A stretch of DNA of 64,000 nucleotides from an uncultured Chloroflexia bacterium (GCA_963712745.1 CAVQJC010000015.1:32001-96000), one strand, 5' to 3'; shown: positions 1 through 8,783, counted from the stretch's first letter. Notes: generated by a model not told the origin, from the letters alone. Made by a program: numbers and translations.

Positions 1-924
1 GAAGTCGTCGATGCCGGTGACGGTGTCGGCGCCGCTGAGGAAGCTGAGCAGGCCGGGGATAGCCAGGCCGATGGTCTCGCCCGAGGCCTCGTCGACCCAG
101 CCGAAGGCATAGGCAGGGGCGCTCTCCTCTGTCTGCCAGATGCCCTCCATCGCGGCCAGCTTGGTGGGCTGGTTCTCGGCCACGCTGCGGGCCGACTCGG
201 GCCCGAAGACGAAGGCGTTGGCCAGGGCGAAGACGATGAAGCACGGGAGCGCGATCGAGAGGGCGGCCCTGCCCAGATCGGCGAACTCGCGCTTCCTGAG
301 GATGTACCAGGCGCCGACGCTGGCCACGAAGGCGGCCCCCGCGGTCCAGGAGGCGAAGAACACGTGCAGGATCCGCGGCATGAACGAGGGTGTGAACACG
401 ACGTCCCAGAAGTCGGTCATGACCGCTCGCGCGGGCGCCGGTTCCGCCTGTAGCTCGAAGCCGGCCGGCGTCTGCATCCACGAGTTGGCCATCACGATCC
501 AGAGAGCGCTGAAGTGGGCCCCGAGCACGACCATGAGGCTGGCGGTGAACCACATCCTGGGGCCCAGGCGGTTGCCACCGAAGAGCATCAGGCCCAGGAA
601 GCCGCCCTCGAGGAAGAAGGCGAAGACGCCTTCAGCGGCGAGCAGCGAGCCGAAGATGTTGCCCACGAACCGGGAGTAGTTGGCCCAGTTCATGCCGAAC
701 TCGAACTCCATGACGACGCCGGTGGCGACGCCCATGGCGAACACGATTCCGTAGATCTTGACCCAGAAGAACGACAGTCGGCGCCACTTGGCATCCTTCG
801 TCCGCAGGTACATGCCACTGACGAAGAGCAGCATCAGGCCTAGCCCCATCGAAAGGGGCGGGAAGATGAAGTGATAGCTGGCGGTCAGCGTGAACTGCAG
901 TCTCGCCAGCAGTTCGGCGTCCAA
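1..924 (-). CDS. cydA: Cytochrome bd ubiquinol oxidase subunit I (5' part; runs off the window start)
   Basis: Manual translation from TTG at 924: MDAELLARLQFTLTASYHFIFPPLSMGLG...FAMGVATGVVMEFEFGMNWANYSRFVGNIFGSLLAAEGVFAFFLE..., later QPTKLAAMEG; these are typical CydA motifs. Confidence 0.95.
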   Translation of the reverse strand, partial: MDAELLARLQFTLTASYHFIFPPLSMGLGLMLLFVSGMYLRTKDAKWRRLSFFWVKIYGIVFAMGVATGVVMEFEFGMNWANYSRFVGNIFGSLLAAEGVFAFFLEGGFLGLMLFGGNRLGPRMWFTASLMVVLGAHFSALWIVMANSWMQTPAGFELQAEPAPARAVMTDFWDVVFTPSFMPRILHVFFASWTAGAAFVASVGAWYILRKREFADLGRAALSIALPCFIVFALANAFVFGPESARSVAENQPTKLAAMEGIWQTEESAPAYAFGWVDEASGETIGLAIPGLLSFLSGADTVTGIDDF

Positions 925-1173
925 GCTCGTCCCCCCGGTACGACTGTGGGCCCACGTCGGTGCCGCCGCGGTCTCGCTCCGCTGGGGCCGCCGTGCGCAC
1001 TGCTCGGGCCATCGTGCCCTCAGTCCGGGCCGGGCGGGGTGTGCCGTTCGGTCCATCCGAGGACGGGCCGTTGGTCGACGGTCGCCTCAAGCGCCCTTGA
1101 CGTTCAGGGCGTGTGGCGGCGGCTCTGTGCGTCTTGCACCAGCAGCTTGACCGAGCTGTCTTGGACGACCTCC

Positions 1174-1268
1174 TTGCACCGCCAGCGGCTTTGCACCACC
1201 AGCGGCTTTGCACCACCAGCGGCTTTGCACCACCAGCGGCTTTGCACCACCAGCGGCTTGCACCACCA
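1174..1268. repeat. Tandem ~17-bp repeat (TTGCACCACCAGCGGCT), about 5-6 copies; more copies at 1360-1409
   Basis: Read directly from the sequence. Confidence 0.9.
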
Positions 1269-1588
1269 GCGGCTTTGCACCGCGTGCACGAGAGCGACAT
1301 CACGGGCCACCTGCTCCAGCGGCCTTGCACCGCGTGCACGAGAGCGACACGACCGGCCGGCGGCTTTGCACCGCCAGCGGCTCTGCACCACCGGCGGCTT
1401 GCACCACCGGCGGCTTTGCACCGCGTGCACGAGAGCGACATCACGGGCCACCTGCTCCAGCGGCTTTGCACCGCGTGCACGAGAGCGACACGACCGGCCG
1501 GCGGCTTTGCACCGCGTGCACGAGAGCGACAACCTGCACCAGCGGCTTTGCACCGCGTGCACGAGAGCGACATCACGGGCCACCTGCT
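1269..1588. repeat. Array of six 31-bp repeats GCGGCTTTGCACCGCGTGCACGAGAGCGACA (palindromic core TGCAC-CGC-GTGCA) with short recurrent linkers
   Basis: Copies at 1269, 1319 (one mismatch), 1410, 1460, 1501 and 1542. Linkers: TCACGGGCCACCTGCTCCA (19 nt, twice plus a partial), CGACCGGCCG (10 nt, twice), ACCTGCACCA (10 nt). Confidence 0.92.
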
Positions 1589-1628
1589 GGCCGTTGGTTT
1601 GCACCGGGTGAACACCAACGGCAAGGGC

Positions 1629-1745
1629 GTGCACCCTGTGCAAGCAGCGGTGCTAGAGGGCGGCGGTTCGGAGACACCGGTGCACCCCGTGCAAGCAGAG
1701 TGGTGCACCCGGTGCAGACAAGACCGTGCACCCCGTGCAAGCAGA
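1629..1745. repeat. Four oppositely oriented palindromic units GTGCACCnnGTGCA(AGCAG)
   Basis: gtgcaccctgtgcaagcag, gtgcaccccgtgcaagcag (twice) and gtgcacccggtgcagac; these resemble the reverse complement of the array core TTGCACCGCGTGCAC. Confidence 0.8.
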
Positions 1746-1784
1746 CGGACAAGCAGGCTGCCAGCCCGACGCGGTCTAGGCCAT

Positions 1785-1828
1785 TCCCGACCGTCGGGCA
1801 GAGGCAGACGATCCCGACCGTCGGGCAG
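1785..1828. promoter_or_regulatory. Two copies of TCCCGACCGTCGGGCAG with palindrome CCCGAC-C-GTCGGG; candidate operator
   Basis: Copies at 1785-1801 and 1812-1828, just upstream of the XRE-HTH gene; operator function is inferred. Confidence 0.5.
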
Positions 1829-1883
1829 CGCCAGCTAAGAGCGTGTGCAAAGCGGACGAAGCGCAACTCGCCAGCATGGAGGC

Positions 1884-2537
1884 ATGGCAGGCCTAGAACG
1901 ACGAGACGACCAAGCCAGACGAAGAGCTCATCGAATGCTGGAGGAGCTGGGGCGGGATATCCGCCAGGCGCGCCTCAACCACGACTTGAGCCAGGCGACG
2001 TGTGGGAGTCGCATCGGGATATCGGGATCGACCTGGAGCCGGATGGAGCGCGGGCTCTTTCCGCGCGCATCGCTCATCCGACTGCTGCGAGCCGCTGCGG
2101 TCGTGGGGCTGGACCTCGGTGTGCGCGCCTATCCGGGGGGTGAGGCCGTCCGCGACAAGGCCCACCTCGGTCTGCTCGAGAAACTGAGGACACGCCTTGG
2201 GCCGAGCCTCAGATGGCGCACGGAGGTGCCTCTTCCAAACCCGGGGGACCGTCGAGCGTGGGACGCGCGCATCGACTCGGCCCAGGTACGCATCGGCGTC
2301 GAGGCAGAGACCCGGGCCCGCGACTCGCAGGACCTTCAGCGACGCGTCTCGCTCAAGCGACGGGACGGGGGCGTTGACCACGTCATCCTCCTGCTGGCTG
2401 ACACTCGCCACAACCGACGCTTCCTCCGTGTCGCCGGGCCCGGTTTCCACGCGGACTTCCCGGTTCCGGGCGCCGTCGCACTCGAGCGGCTTGCAGCGGG
2501 CGCGGATCCGGGTGGCAGCGCGATCATCCTCATCTGA
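1884..2537 (+). CDS. XRE-family HTH fused to a PD-(D/E)xK-like (restriction-endonuclease-fold) domain
   Basis: N-terminus LGRDIRQARLNHDLSQATCGSRIGISGSTWSRMERG is an XRE HTH; C-terminus WRTEVPL...RRAWDARI...IGVEAETR has an E...D...ExE acidic motif; GGAGG precedes the ATG. Confidence 0.75.
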   Translation: MAGLERRDDQARRRAHRMLEELGRDIRQARLNHDLSQATCGSRIGISGSTWSRMERGLFPRASLIRLLRAAAVVGLDLGVRAYPGGEAVRDKAHLGLLEKLRTRLGPSLRWRTEVPLPNPGDRRAWDARIDSAQVRIGVEAETRARDSQDLQRRVSLKRRDGGVDHVILLLADTRHNRRFLRVAGPGFHADFPVPGAVALERLAAGADPGGSAIILI

Positions 2538-2559
2538 TGCTCCTGCGGGTGCCGGGACC

Positions 2560-2712
2560 GACTTGCATGACAAGCACCAGCCCGACCCAGGAACGCCCGA
2601 AGTGAGTGTGGATCCGCGTCAGATGCACGGCGGTGACGCGGATCGGCGCGAGGTGCACAAGGACTGTCGCCGACGGCGTCTTGTGGCTGAACTCGTGCAC
2701 CTCGTGCAAGTC
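2560..2712. repeat. Structured element: 8-bp terminal inverted repeat GACTTGCA/TGCAAGTC, internal hairpins and an inverted copy of the upstream array repeat
   Basis: 11-bp stem GATCCGCGTCA (2611-2621) / TGACGCGGATC (2634-2644); CTCGTGCACCTCGTGCAA at 2692-2709 matches the reverse complement of the array repeat at 15/18. Confidence 0.65.
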
Positions 2713-2761
2713 AGGGAGGGAGTGATGCCGCCGATGGGCCGGGTGGCCACGCGCTGGCTCT

Positions 2762-2982
2762 GGCGGGGCACTGCGAGCCGGCTTCAGTCGACGGCGGGGC
2801 ACTGCGCGAGCCGGCGCTGGCCGAAGGTGGGCACGGCGGGGCACTGCGAGCCGGCTTCAGTCGACGGCGGGGCACTGCGGCAGCCGGCGCTAGCCGAAGG
2901 TGGGCACGGCGGGGCACTGCGAGCCGGCTCAGTCGACGGCGCGGGCACGGCGGCAGTCGGCGGCGCTAGCCGAAGGTGGCCG
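2762..2982. repeat. Higher-order tandem repeat of ~73 bp, 3 copies (core GGCGGGGCACTGCG..AGCCGGC with alternating short and long linkers)
   Basis: Units start at about 2762, 2835 and 2908; the third is degenerate and overlaps the feoC stop codon. Confidence 0.85.
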
Positions 2983-3244
2983 CGGCGGCAGATGAGGCGG
3001 TCGCGTTCGGGGACAGGGCGTAGGTCACTGCCACGCCGTCGTTCATGAGGAAGCAGCCACCCCTGACCGGGCAGGCCGTACAGCCGGCGTCGTCGAACAC
3101 GATGGCCCGCAGCCGCCCGCGCGCCACGAGCGTCTCGAGCATGCCCTCGAGCGCCGATTCGTCGATGCCCAGGTCGCGCGAGAGGTCGGCCAGGCACATC
3201 GGCTTGCCGGCTTCGCGGATGGCGGCGAGGATCGCCGACAGCAT
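2966..3244 (-). CDS. feoC: FeoC-like winged-helix protein with Cys motif
   Basis: MLSAILAAIREAGKPMCLADLSRDLGIDESALEGMLETLVARGRL...CTACPVRGGC; ATG overlaps the feoB stop (TGATG). Confidence 0.75.
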   Translation of the reverse strand: MLSAILAAIREAGKPMCLADLSRDLGIDESALEGMLETLVARGRLRAIVFDDAGCTACPVRGGCFLMNDGVAVTYALSPNATASSAAAATFG

Positions 3245-4954
3245 CAGCCATACCCCAGGAAGGTGCCCACCTGGAAGACCACCACCGCGAGTAGCCAGGC
3301 GAGGCCGAACTGGTACAGGCCGGAGAAGGCCGCCCAACGCCAGCCGAGCTCGCTCTTGATGGCCGAGAGCGTGGCCAGGCAGGGCGTGTAGATGAGCACG
3401 AACATGACGAAGGCCAGGCCCGCCAGCGGTGTGAAGTTCGAGGCCAGCGCGTTGCTCAGGGCCGTGTCCTGCGGTCGGGCCTGCTGCTCGGGCATGAGGT
3501 CCACGCCGGGCACGATGCTCAACGTCGAGCGCAGGGCGCCATCGGCCGCCGCCACGAGGGACGAGCCGATCTCGCGGATGTCCTCGCCGACCGACGGCAC
3601 GGACCCTGACGCCTGGGGCTCGGCCGCCTCGTCACCGAGATAGGTCTGCGCCATCGTGGCCACCACGACCTCCTTGGCGATGAAGCCTGTCACGAGCGCG
3701 CCAGATGCCTCCCATGTGCCGAATCCCGCCGGCTCGAAGATGGGCGCAGCAGCCGAGCTGACCTGCCCGAAGTAGCTGTCGCGCTCGATCCTCCACGCCC
3801 CAAGGCAGGCTCATCAGGAACCACAGGCCGACGGAGATGGCGAAGATGACGGTGCCGGCCTTGACCACGAACTCCCTGGTCTTCTGCCACGTGTGCGTCG
3901 TCAGCGCCTTCATCGTGGGCATGCGGTAGGGCGGCAGCTCCAGGGCGAAGACCGAGTCGTCGCGCTCGCGCAGGATCGTGCGTGAGAGCACGATGGCCAC
4001 GAGCCCGGCGATGAGGATGCCGACCACGTAGAGCCCCGTGATGACGGTCGCCGCTGCGGCCCCGAAGAAGGCCAGGCCGAACACGACATAGACCGGCAGC
4101 CGGGCCGAACACGACATCAGCGGCACCAGCAGGCTGGTCATGACACGCTGCGTGCGGTTCTCCAGGGTGCGCGTGGCGTAGATCGCTGGCACAGCGCAGC
4201 CGAACCCCAGCACCATGGGGATGAAGGACTTGCCGTGGAGCCCGGTGAAGCGCATGACGCGGTCCATCACGAAGGCCACTCGGGCCATGTAACCGCTGTC
4301 CTCGAGCAGGGTCAGGAACATGTACAGCACGATGAGCCCGGGTACGAACACGAGCACCGCGCCGACGCCCGCGATGACACCGTCGACCACGAGCGAGACG
4401 AACCATTCGGGCGCGTCGAACAAGGCCAGGATGCCGACGGCCCAGCGCGTGACCGGGCCGCCGATGACCGCGTCGACCCAGTCGAGGAAGTAGGCCGACA
4501 CTTCGACCACGAGCTTGAACACGACGAACATCACCGCGAAGAAGATGGGCAGTCCCAGCCAGCGGTTCGTGAGCACTCGGTCGAGCCGGTCGGTGACGGT
4601 GTAGCGGGACACGGCCGAGGTGTCCAACACCTCGAGTGCGACCCCGTGGACGTAGCCGTAGCGGGCATCGGCGATGGCGATGTCGGAGGTGTCGCCGTGC
4701 ATCGACTCGATCCGGCTGCGCCCTGCAGCGGCGGCTGCCAACAGGGTCTCGCCGACCTCGCTGGCGGCCACGCGCTCGATGAGGTCGGCCTCGCCTTCGA
4801 GCAGCTTGATGGCCAGCCAGCGGGCGGGGTAGGCCTGCGTCAGCTCAGGGTGCGCGCCGATGTGTTCGATGAGCGCACCGATCTCGGACTCCACCTCGGA
4901 GCCGTAGTCGATGCGGAAGGGCGGGCGGTCGATGGCCCCCGTGAACGTGGTCAT
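3244..4954 (-). CDS. feoB: Ferrous iron transport protein B, helical and membrane part (apparent +1 frameshift near 3787)
   Basis: Motifs LEDSGYMARVAFVMDR, GKSFIPMVLGFGC, MSCSARLPVY and ELPPYRMP; continues in ORF 3244..3693 with AKEVVV and YTPC. Confidence 0.92.
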
Positions 4955-4963
4955 GCCCGAGGT

Positions 4964-5494
4964 CTAGGCCACGAGCCGCAGCCGGGCACGAGAGGGATCG
5001 ACCAGGCCCATGGCGGCCTCGAGCAGGCCCTCGAGACCCTGTGCCCGGTGGCCGACCGTTTCGACGATGGGCGCGCGGCCGAACAACGCCGAGAGCCTCT
5101 CCCGGTCGATCTTGATGCCCTGCGCACGCGCGCTGTCACTGACGTTGAGCGCCAGCACCATGGGTACGCCCAGCTCCGCCAGCTGCGCCGTCAGGTAGAG
5201 GTTGCGCTCGAGGTTCGTGGCGTCGACGACATCGATGACCGCGTCGGCCTCACCGGTGAGCAGGTAGTCGCGGGCGATGACCTCTTCGGGGGAGAGGGCG
5301 CTCAGGCTGTAGGTCCCGGGCAGGTCGACCAGGCGACCCACGAGGTCACCATGGCGGAAGGTGCCCTCCATCTTGGCCACGGTCTTGCCGGGCCAGTTGC
5401 CCACGTGGTGCCGCGAGCCGGTGAGTGCGTTGAAGATGCTGGTCTTGCCGGCGTTGGGGTTACCGGCCAGGGCCAGCGTGAGGAGCCCGCTCAC
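4964..5494 (-). CDS. feoB: FeoB small GTPase (G) domain as a separate ORF
   Basis: G motifs GNPNAGKT, NWPGKTV and DLPGTYSL; DATNLERNLYL. Confidence 0.92.
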   Translation of the reverse strand: MSGLLTLALAGNPNAGKTSIFNALTGSRHHVGNWPGKTVAKMEGTFRHGDLVGRLVDLPGTYSLSALSPEEVIARDYLLTGEADAVIDVVDATNLERNLYLTAQLAELGVPMVLALNVSDSARAQGIKIDRERLSALFGRAPIVETVGHRAQGLEGLLEAAMGLVDPSRARLRLVA

Positions 5495-5871
5495 GCGGCG
5501 TCGGCTGCCTCAGCGGCAGCTTCAAGCGCCTCCACGGTGATGGTCGCGGCCTCACGCCTGCGGAGGGAGAGGTGATAGCCCTTGACCACGAACTCGAGCG
5601 GGTCGCCCAGGGGTGCGGCACGCTGCAACGTGATCGTCTCGCCGCGGACCACTCCCAGCTCCAGCAATCGGCGACGCGCTGCAGGTGGACCTCCGACCCG
5701 CAGGATCCGGCCAGCCTGACCGCGGCCGAGCTCGTCGAGACCCACGATCGACGCGGCTGCCGGGCAGAACTTGCGACAGCGCTTGGGCATCGGTCGTCCC
5801 AGCGCGAGGGCACGAGCGAGGAAGCGACAGGAGCGGTGCTCGCAATCCTGATAGGCCAAGTCGGATTTCAC
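5491..5871 (-). CDS. feoA: FeoA family protein with Cys-rich N-terminal extension
   Basis: RRRLLELGVVRG...APLGDPLEFVVKGYHLSLRRREA. Confidence 0.9.
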   Translation of the reverse strand: MKSDLAYQDCEHRSCRFLARALALGRPMPKRCRKFCPAAASIVGLDELGRGQAGRILRVGGPPAARRRLLELGVVRGETITLQRAAPLGDPLEFVVKGYHLSLRRREAATITVEALEAAAEAADAA

Positions 5872-5964
5872 GAATCAAGTACAGCCCACGCGCCCCGACG
5901 CCGAAAGTGACCAGCGGCCGTGACTCGATGGGCCTTGTGGCCCCAACACCGGATGCCTTGACTT

Positions 5965-5990
5965 CGAACATCAGGCGCGCCTGATGCTCG
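5965..5990. terminator. Hairpin downstream of the sensor kinase gene
   Basis: Inverted repeat CGAACATCAGGCG/CGCCTGATGCTCG. Confidence 0.45.
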
Positions 5991-6003
5991 GCACGCGCCC
6001 GGC

Positions 6004-7107
6004 TCAGGCGACCGGCAACAGGATCGCGAAACGGGCTCCGTGGGGCTCGACGTTGGACGCCTCGACACGGCCACCCTGCGCCTCGGCCAAGGCGCGCACG
6101 ATCGACAACCCCAGCCCGGAGGTACCGGATGCGCGCTGCCGCGACGGGTCGGCCCGATAGAACCGCTCGAATACGTGGGCCAGGTCCGCCGGCGGGATCC
6201 CGGAGCCCGTGTCGCGCACGGCCAGCTCGACGAGGCCGTCCCGCGCCCGGCCCTCGAGCACCACCTCGCCACCGGCCGGCGTGTACCGCAACGCGTTGTC
6301 CACGAATGCCCCCAGCATCTGCTGCAGGCGCTCCCGGTCGGCCCGTACCCGCAGCGGCGCGGTCGGACGCTCCAGGCGCACCTGCACTCCCACAGACTCG
6401 GCCGCGGGAGCGAAGCTCTGCGCCACCTCGACGAGGAGGTCGGCCGCAGCGACGCCGACCAGCTCCAGGGGCAGCTGCCCGGATTCGGCCAGGCTCACCG
6501 TACGCAGGTCATCGACGATGCGCGCGAGCAGCCGGGACTGCACGCGGATGGTTTCGAGGTGGCGGTCGTCGTGTTCGTACACACCGTCGAGGATGGCCGT
6601 GGTCGTGGCGTCGATGACCGTCAGCGGAGTGCGCAACTCGTGGGCGGCGTCCTGGAACATCCGGCGGCGCGCAGAGTCCGAGCGCTGGAGCGCCTGCGCC
6701 ATGGCATCGAACGAACGGCCCAGGTCGCCGATCTCGTCGCGGCGGTCGGCCACGTTGGAGCGGCGCTCGAGATCACCCGCAGCCACATCGGCCGCCGCGT
6801 CGCGCAGGGCACCGATGGGCCGGACGAGACGTCCGGCCACGAGGAAGCCCAGCACCGACGCGCCCGCTGCCGCGGCGATGCCGAGCAGCACGATGGCCGT
6901 CGTCGTCTCGCGCTGGGCTCGTCCGGGACCACGACCCTCGCGCGGGCCTGGACCCAGCCCCTGGCCTCCGCCCTGGCCGGGCCGCTCATCGTCCGCCAGC
7001 TGGGCGAAGCCCTGGTCGACGATGAGGGGGGTCACCACCGCGATGGCGCCGGCCGTCACGATGGCCACCAGCGCGAAGATGAGCGCGAGGCGGAGACGCA
7101 GGCTCAT
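6004..7107 (-). CDS. HAMP sensor histidine kinase (BaeS-like)
   Basis: Two TM segments, HAMP, H-box AAHELRTPL, N-box DNALRYT, DTGSGI, FERFYRAD, GLGLSI. Confidence 0.95.
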   Translation of the reverse strand: MSLRLRLALIFALVAIVTAGAIAVVTPLIVDQGFAQLADDERPGQGGGQGLGPGPREGRGPGRAQRETTTAIVLLGIAAAAGASVLGFLVAGRLVRPIGALRDAAADVAAGDLERRSNVADRRDEIGDLGRSFDAMAQALQRSDSARRRMFQDAAHELRTPLTVIDATTTAILDGVYEHDDRHLETIRVQSRLLARIVDDLRTVSLAESGQLPLELVGVAAADLLVEVAQSFAPAAESVGVQVRLERPTAPLRVRADRERLQQMLGAFVDNALRYTPAGGEVVLEGRARDGLVELAVRDTGSGIPPADLAHVFERFYRADPSRQRASGTSGLGLSIVRALAEAQGGRVEASNVEPHGARFAILLPVA

Positions 7108-7784
7108 CGACGTGTCGCGCGGTAGCCGACACCACGTACGGTCTCGATGTAGTCCCCTCCGCCTGGCGGTCGGCCAAGCTTGCGGCGCAGGTTCTTGACG
7201 TGGCTGTCGATGGTGCGGTCTTCGGCTTCGAAGTCCTCGTCGTAGATGCGCCGGCCCAGCTGCCCACGCCCGAGGACCGTGCCCGGACGCTCGCTGAGCA
7301 CGGCAAGCAGGTCGAACTCCACCCGCGTCAAGGTGATGGGCTGGTCCTCGCGAAGTACGTCACGGGCGGCGAGGTCGATGTCGAGGTCGAGCAAGTGGCG
7401 GACGTCGGAGGCCGGAGCCTCGGTCTTGCGGCGTAGGACGGCCCCGATGCGCGCGACCAGCTCGCGTGGCTCGAAGGGCTTGGTGACGTAGTCGTCGGCG
7501 CCCATCTCCAGGCCGGCCACACGGTCGACGAGATCATCTCGGGCGGTGAGCATGATGACCGCGCTGTCGAGGCCTTCCGCGCGCAAGTCCCGAAGCACGT
7601 CGAAGCCCGAGCGGCCGGGCAGCATCACATCGAGCACGAGCAGGTCGGGGCGGGATTCGCGGGCCAGCCGGAAGGCGGTGACTCCATCGGCGGCCGTGAC
7701 GACTTCGTGGCCCTCCCGCTCGAGGTATGCGCCGACGATATCGGTGATGTGGGGCTCGTCGTCGACGAGCAGGATGGTGGGCAT
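7104..7784 (-). CDS. OmpR/PhoB-family response regulator (BaeR-like)
   Basis: ILLVDDE, LDVMLPG, GADDYVTKPF, RTIDSHVKNLRRKL, ETVRGVGY. Confidence 0.95.
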   Translation of the reverse strand: MPTILLVDDEPHITDIVGAYLEREGHEVVTAADGVTAFRLARESRPDLLVLDVMLPGRSGFDVLRDLRAEGLDSAVIMLTARDDLVDRVAGLEMGADDYVTKPFEPRELVARIGAVLRRKTEAPASDVRHLLDLDIDLAARDVLREDQPITLTRVEFDLLAVLSERPGTVLGRGQLGRRIYDEDFEAEDRTIDSHVKNLRRKLGRPPGGGDYIETVRGVGYRATRR

Positions 7785-7850
7785 GGAAAGCCGATGGTAC
7801 GCCGACGGCCGGGTCAACCCGGCCGTCGGCTGCTGGTCGGCTCTGTCAGC

Positions 7851-8783
7851 CTAGAGCTGGCTCTCGAAAGCGGCCCGGTGGTAGCCGCTGGCGGTCTGCA
7901 ACTGCGAGTACAGCTGGAAGACGTCCGGTGCCATCTCCTCCTCGAGACCGGTCAGGTACTGCTCGAGATCGGCGATATCGGTCTGTTCGATCAGGACGGC
8001 GGCGGCCAGGGCGTCCTCGAGGCTGAGCAAACCCTGCTCCATCAGCTTCTCGTAGAGCTCGGCGATGGCGGGATCCGAGAACTCGCCGGCGAGCAGGTCG
8101 GCCGTGGTGTCCTCGATGCCGTAGCGCTCGAGCACGGTGCGCACTGCCAGCTGGTGCCGCGCTTCGGAGTCGGCGATGCGCTCGAAGGTGCGCAGGCCGT
8201 ACTTCTCGGCGAAGGCGGCGTACACGTCGTGGGCCATCTTCTCTTCGTTGGCCATGTAGACGAGACCGATCTCCTGCTCAGGGGTCAGCGTGCCCATCTC
8301 AGCAGTGCACTGAGGGCACTCCCCGGGATCCTGCTGCCACTCGCCGTCCGGTCCCCGCCCGAGTCCCTGGCCCGCGCCCGCGGCGGCGGCAGCGGTCCGG
8401 TTGGCATTCCGGTTGGCATTCCGGTTGTTCTTCTGGACGGCATTCCTGCCGCGGTCGTTCGTTGCGGCGCGGTTGCGCGCGACGTTTCCGCCACCGGCGG
8501 CACGAGCCTGGACCTGCTGGCCGCCACCGGCACGGGCCTGGGTCGCGGCCTGCTGGGCCGAACCGTCGCGGGCACGCGCCCGCTGCAGGACCTGGCCACC
8601 GGTCCCATCCTGGGCTTGTGCGCGCTGTTGGAGCTGGGCCTGGTCGTTGGGGCAGTCTGCGCCGCAGCTGCCGTCACCCGGGCCCGGGCCCTTGGCGAAG
8701 GCGGCCGTGGGGGCCAGGGCGGCCGCGCTGAGCGCGACGACGGCCGAGAGCGCGAGGATCGTTCGAGGGGAGCGGATGTGCAT
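7851..8783 (-). CDS. Secreted DUF2202 (ferritin-like) protein with a low-complexity Gln/Ala/Asn linker
   Basis: Signal peptide; MANEEKMAHDVY, FERIADSEARH, IEQTDIADL, ASGYHRAAF. Confidence 0.8.
   Translation of the reverse strand: MHIRSPRTILALSAVVALSAAALAPTAAFAKGPGPGDGSCGADCPNDQAQLQQRAQAQDGTGGQVLQRARARDGSAQQAATQARAGGGQQVQARAAGGGNVARNRAATNDRGRNAVQKNNRNANRNANRTAAAAAGAGQGLGRGPDGEWQQDPGECPQCTAEMGTLTPEQEIGLVYMANEEKMAHDVYAAFAEKYGLRTFERIADSEARHQLAVRTVLERYGIEDTTADLLAGEFSDPAIAELYEKLMEQGLLSLEDALAAAVLIEQTDIADLEQYLTGLEEEMAPDVFQLYSQLQTASGYHRAAFESQL

Noticed and set aside
1269-1588. Canonical CRISPR array
   Set aside because: Linkers are 10-19 nt and re-used, the period is irregular, and no cas genes are in the window.
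632-1838. Long ORFs across the repeat region (e.g. 632..1708, 871..1611, 1113..1838)
   Set aside because: They are translations of DNA repeats open in several frames, with no protein-like features.
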